A stretch of 64,000 bases of DNA from an uncultured Mycoplasmatota bacterium (lineage in GTDB: Bacteria; Bacillota_I; Bacilli_A; RF39; UBA660): contig CAMKNB010000001.1 of NCBI GenBank assembly GCA_946414095.1, positions 3,591 to 67,590 on the forward strand, read 5' to 3'. Position 1 is the stretch's first letter. Each line of letters opens with the position of its first letter. Both the position numbers and the translations under genes were made by a program. Positions 63,949-64,000 of the stretch are shown piece after piece. The notes beneath the pieces are model-generated. The model saw nothing but the letters and a program-made list of their open reading frames with translations. It was not told the DNA's origin and did not search any database.

Positions 63949-64000
63949 ATGGATGAAAGTAAAATGTTTGATTTTGATAAAATGACTGATGAAGAATTAA
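63949..64000 (+). CDS. 5' end of a CDS cut by the window edge (MDESKMFDFDKMTDEEL...), unknown function
   Basis: GGAGG 11 nt upstream of the ATG. The N-terminus does not resemble GlmM. Confidence 0.35.
   Translation, partial: MDESKMFDFDKMTDEEL

Noticed and set aside
1-64000. Alternative genetic code (UGA = Trp, as in Mollicutes), given the extreme AT-richness
   Set aside because: Trp is encoded by TGG throughout conserved proteins. TGA terminates several well-defined genes at the expected lengths (for example the DHH gene at 11444, the J-domain gene at 44820 and the SDR gene at 51530). Code 11 therefore fits.

Overview
This is a very AT-rich chromosomal segment from a low-GC Gram-positive bacterium (Bacillota; Erysipelotrichia- or Clostridia-like by gene content). 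About 60 of the 63 credible genes lie on the + strand. All calls were made by eye from motifs and synteny; no database search was run.

Most of the window is core housekeeping. It holds rny, priA-fmt, gpsB-rnpB, rodZ-like-pgsA-recA, RNase J, ftsY-ylxM, cdsA-rseP, tag, recD2, spoVS and cdaA-cdaR. It also holds three solitary tRNAs (Pro-UGG, Ala-UGC, Arg-CCU), two S11 D-Ala-D-Ala carboxypeptidases and a VanY-type peptidase. There is no CRISPR array, transposase, integrase, prophage or recognisable defence system.

Six things are worth a second look:
1. A 1291-aa protein has a canonical prepilin (class III) signal fused to Flg_new repeats, Ig-like modules and an unknown Cys-rich domain. No pilus genes lie nearby.
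2. A yybP-ykoY-type Mn2+ riboswitch with promoter and overlapping terminator sits immediately upstream, in front of a soluble protein of unknown function rather than a transporter.
3. A STAS-sigma pair has no anti-sigma kinase, and the STAS phospho-serine is replaced by Lys. It is embedded among exported and anchored proteins of unknown function.
4. An orphan J-domain gene is bracketed by two near-identical terminator-plus-promoter modules exactly 1000 bp apart.
5. A tandem-LicD, cytidylyltransferase and SDR module (predicted CDP-ribitol pathway) abuts tRNA-Arg.
6. RNase P RNA helix P1 overlaps the gpsB stop codon.

Several conserved operons are truncated relative to the Bacillus subtilis order: no def, ffh, glmM or spoIIAB.
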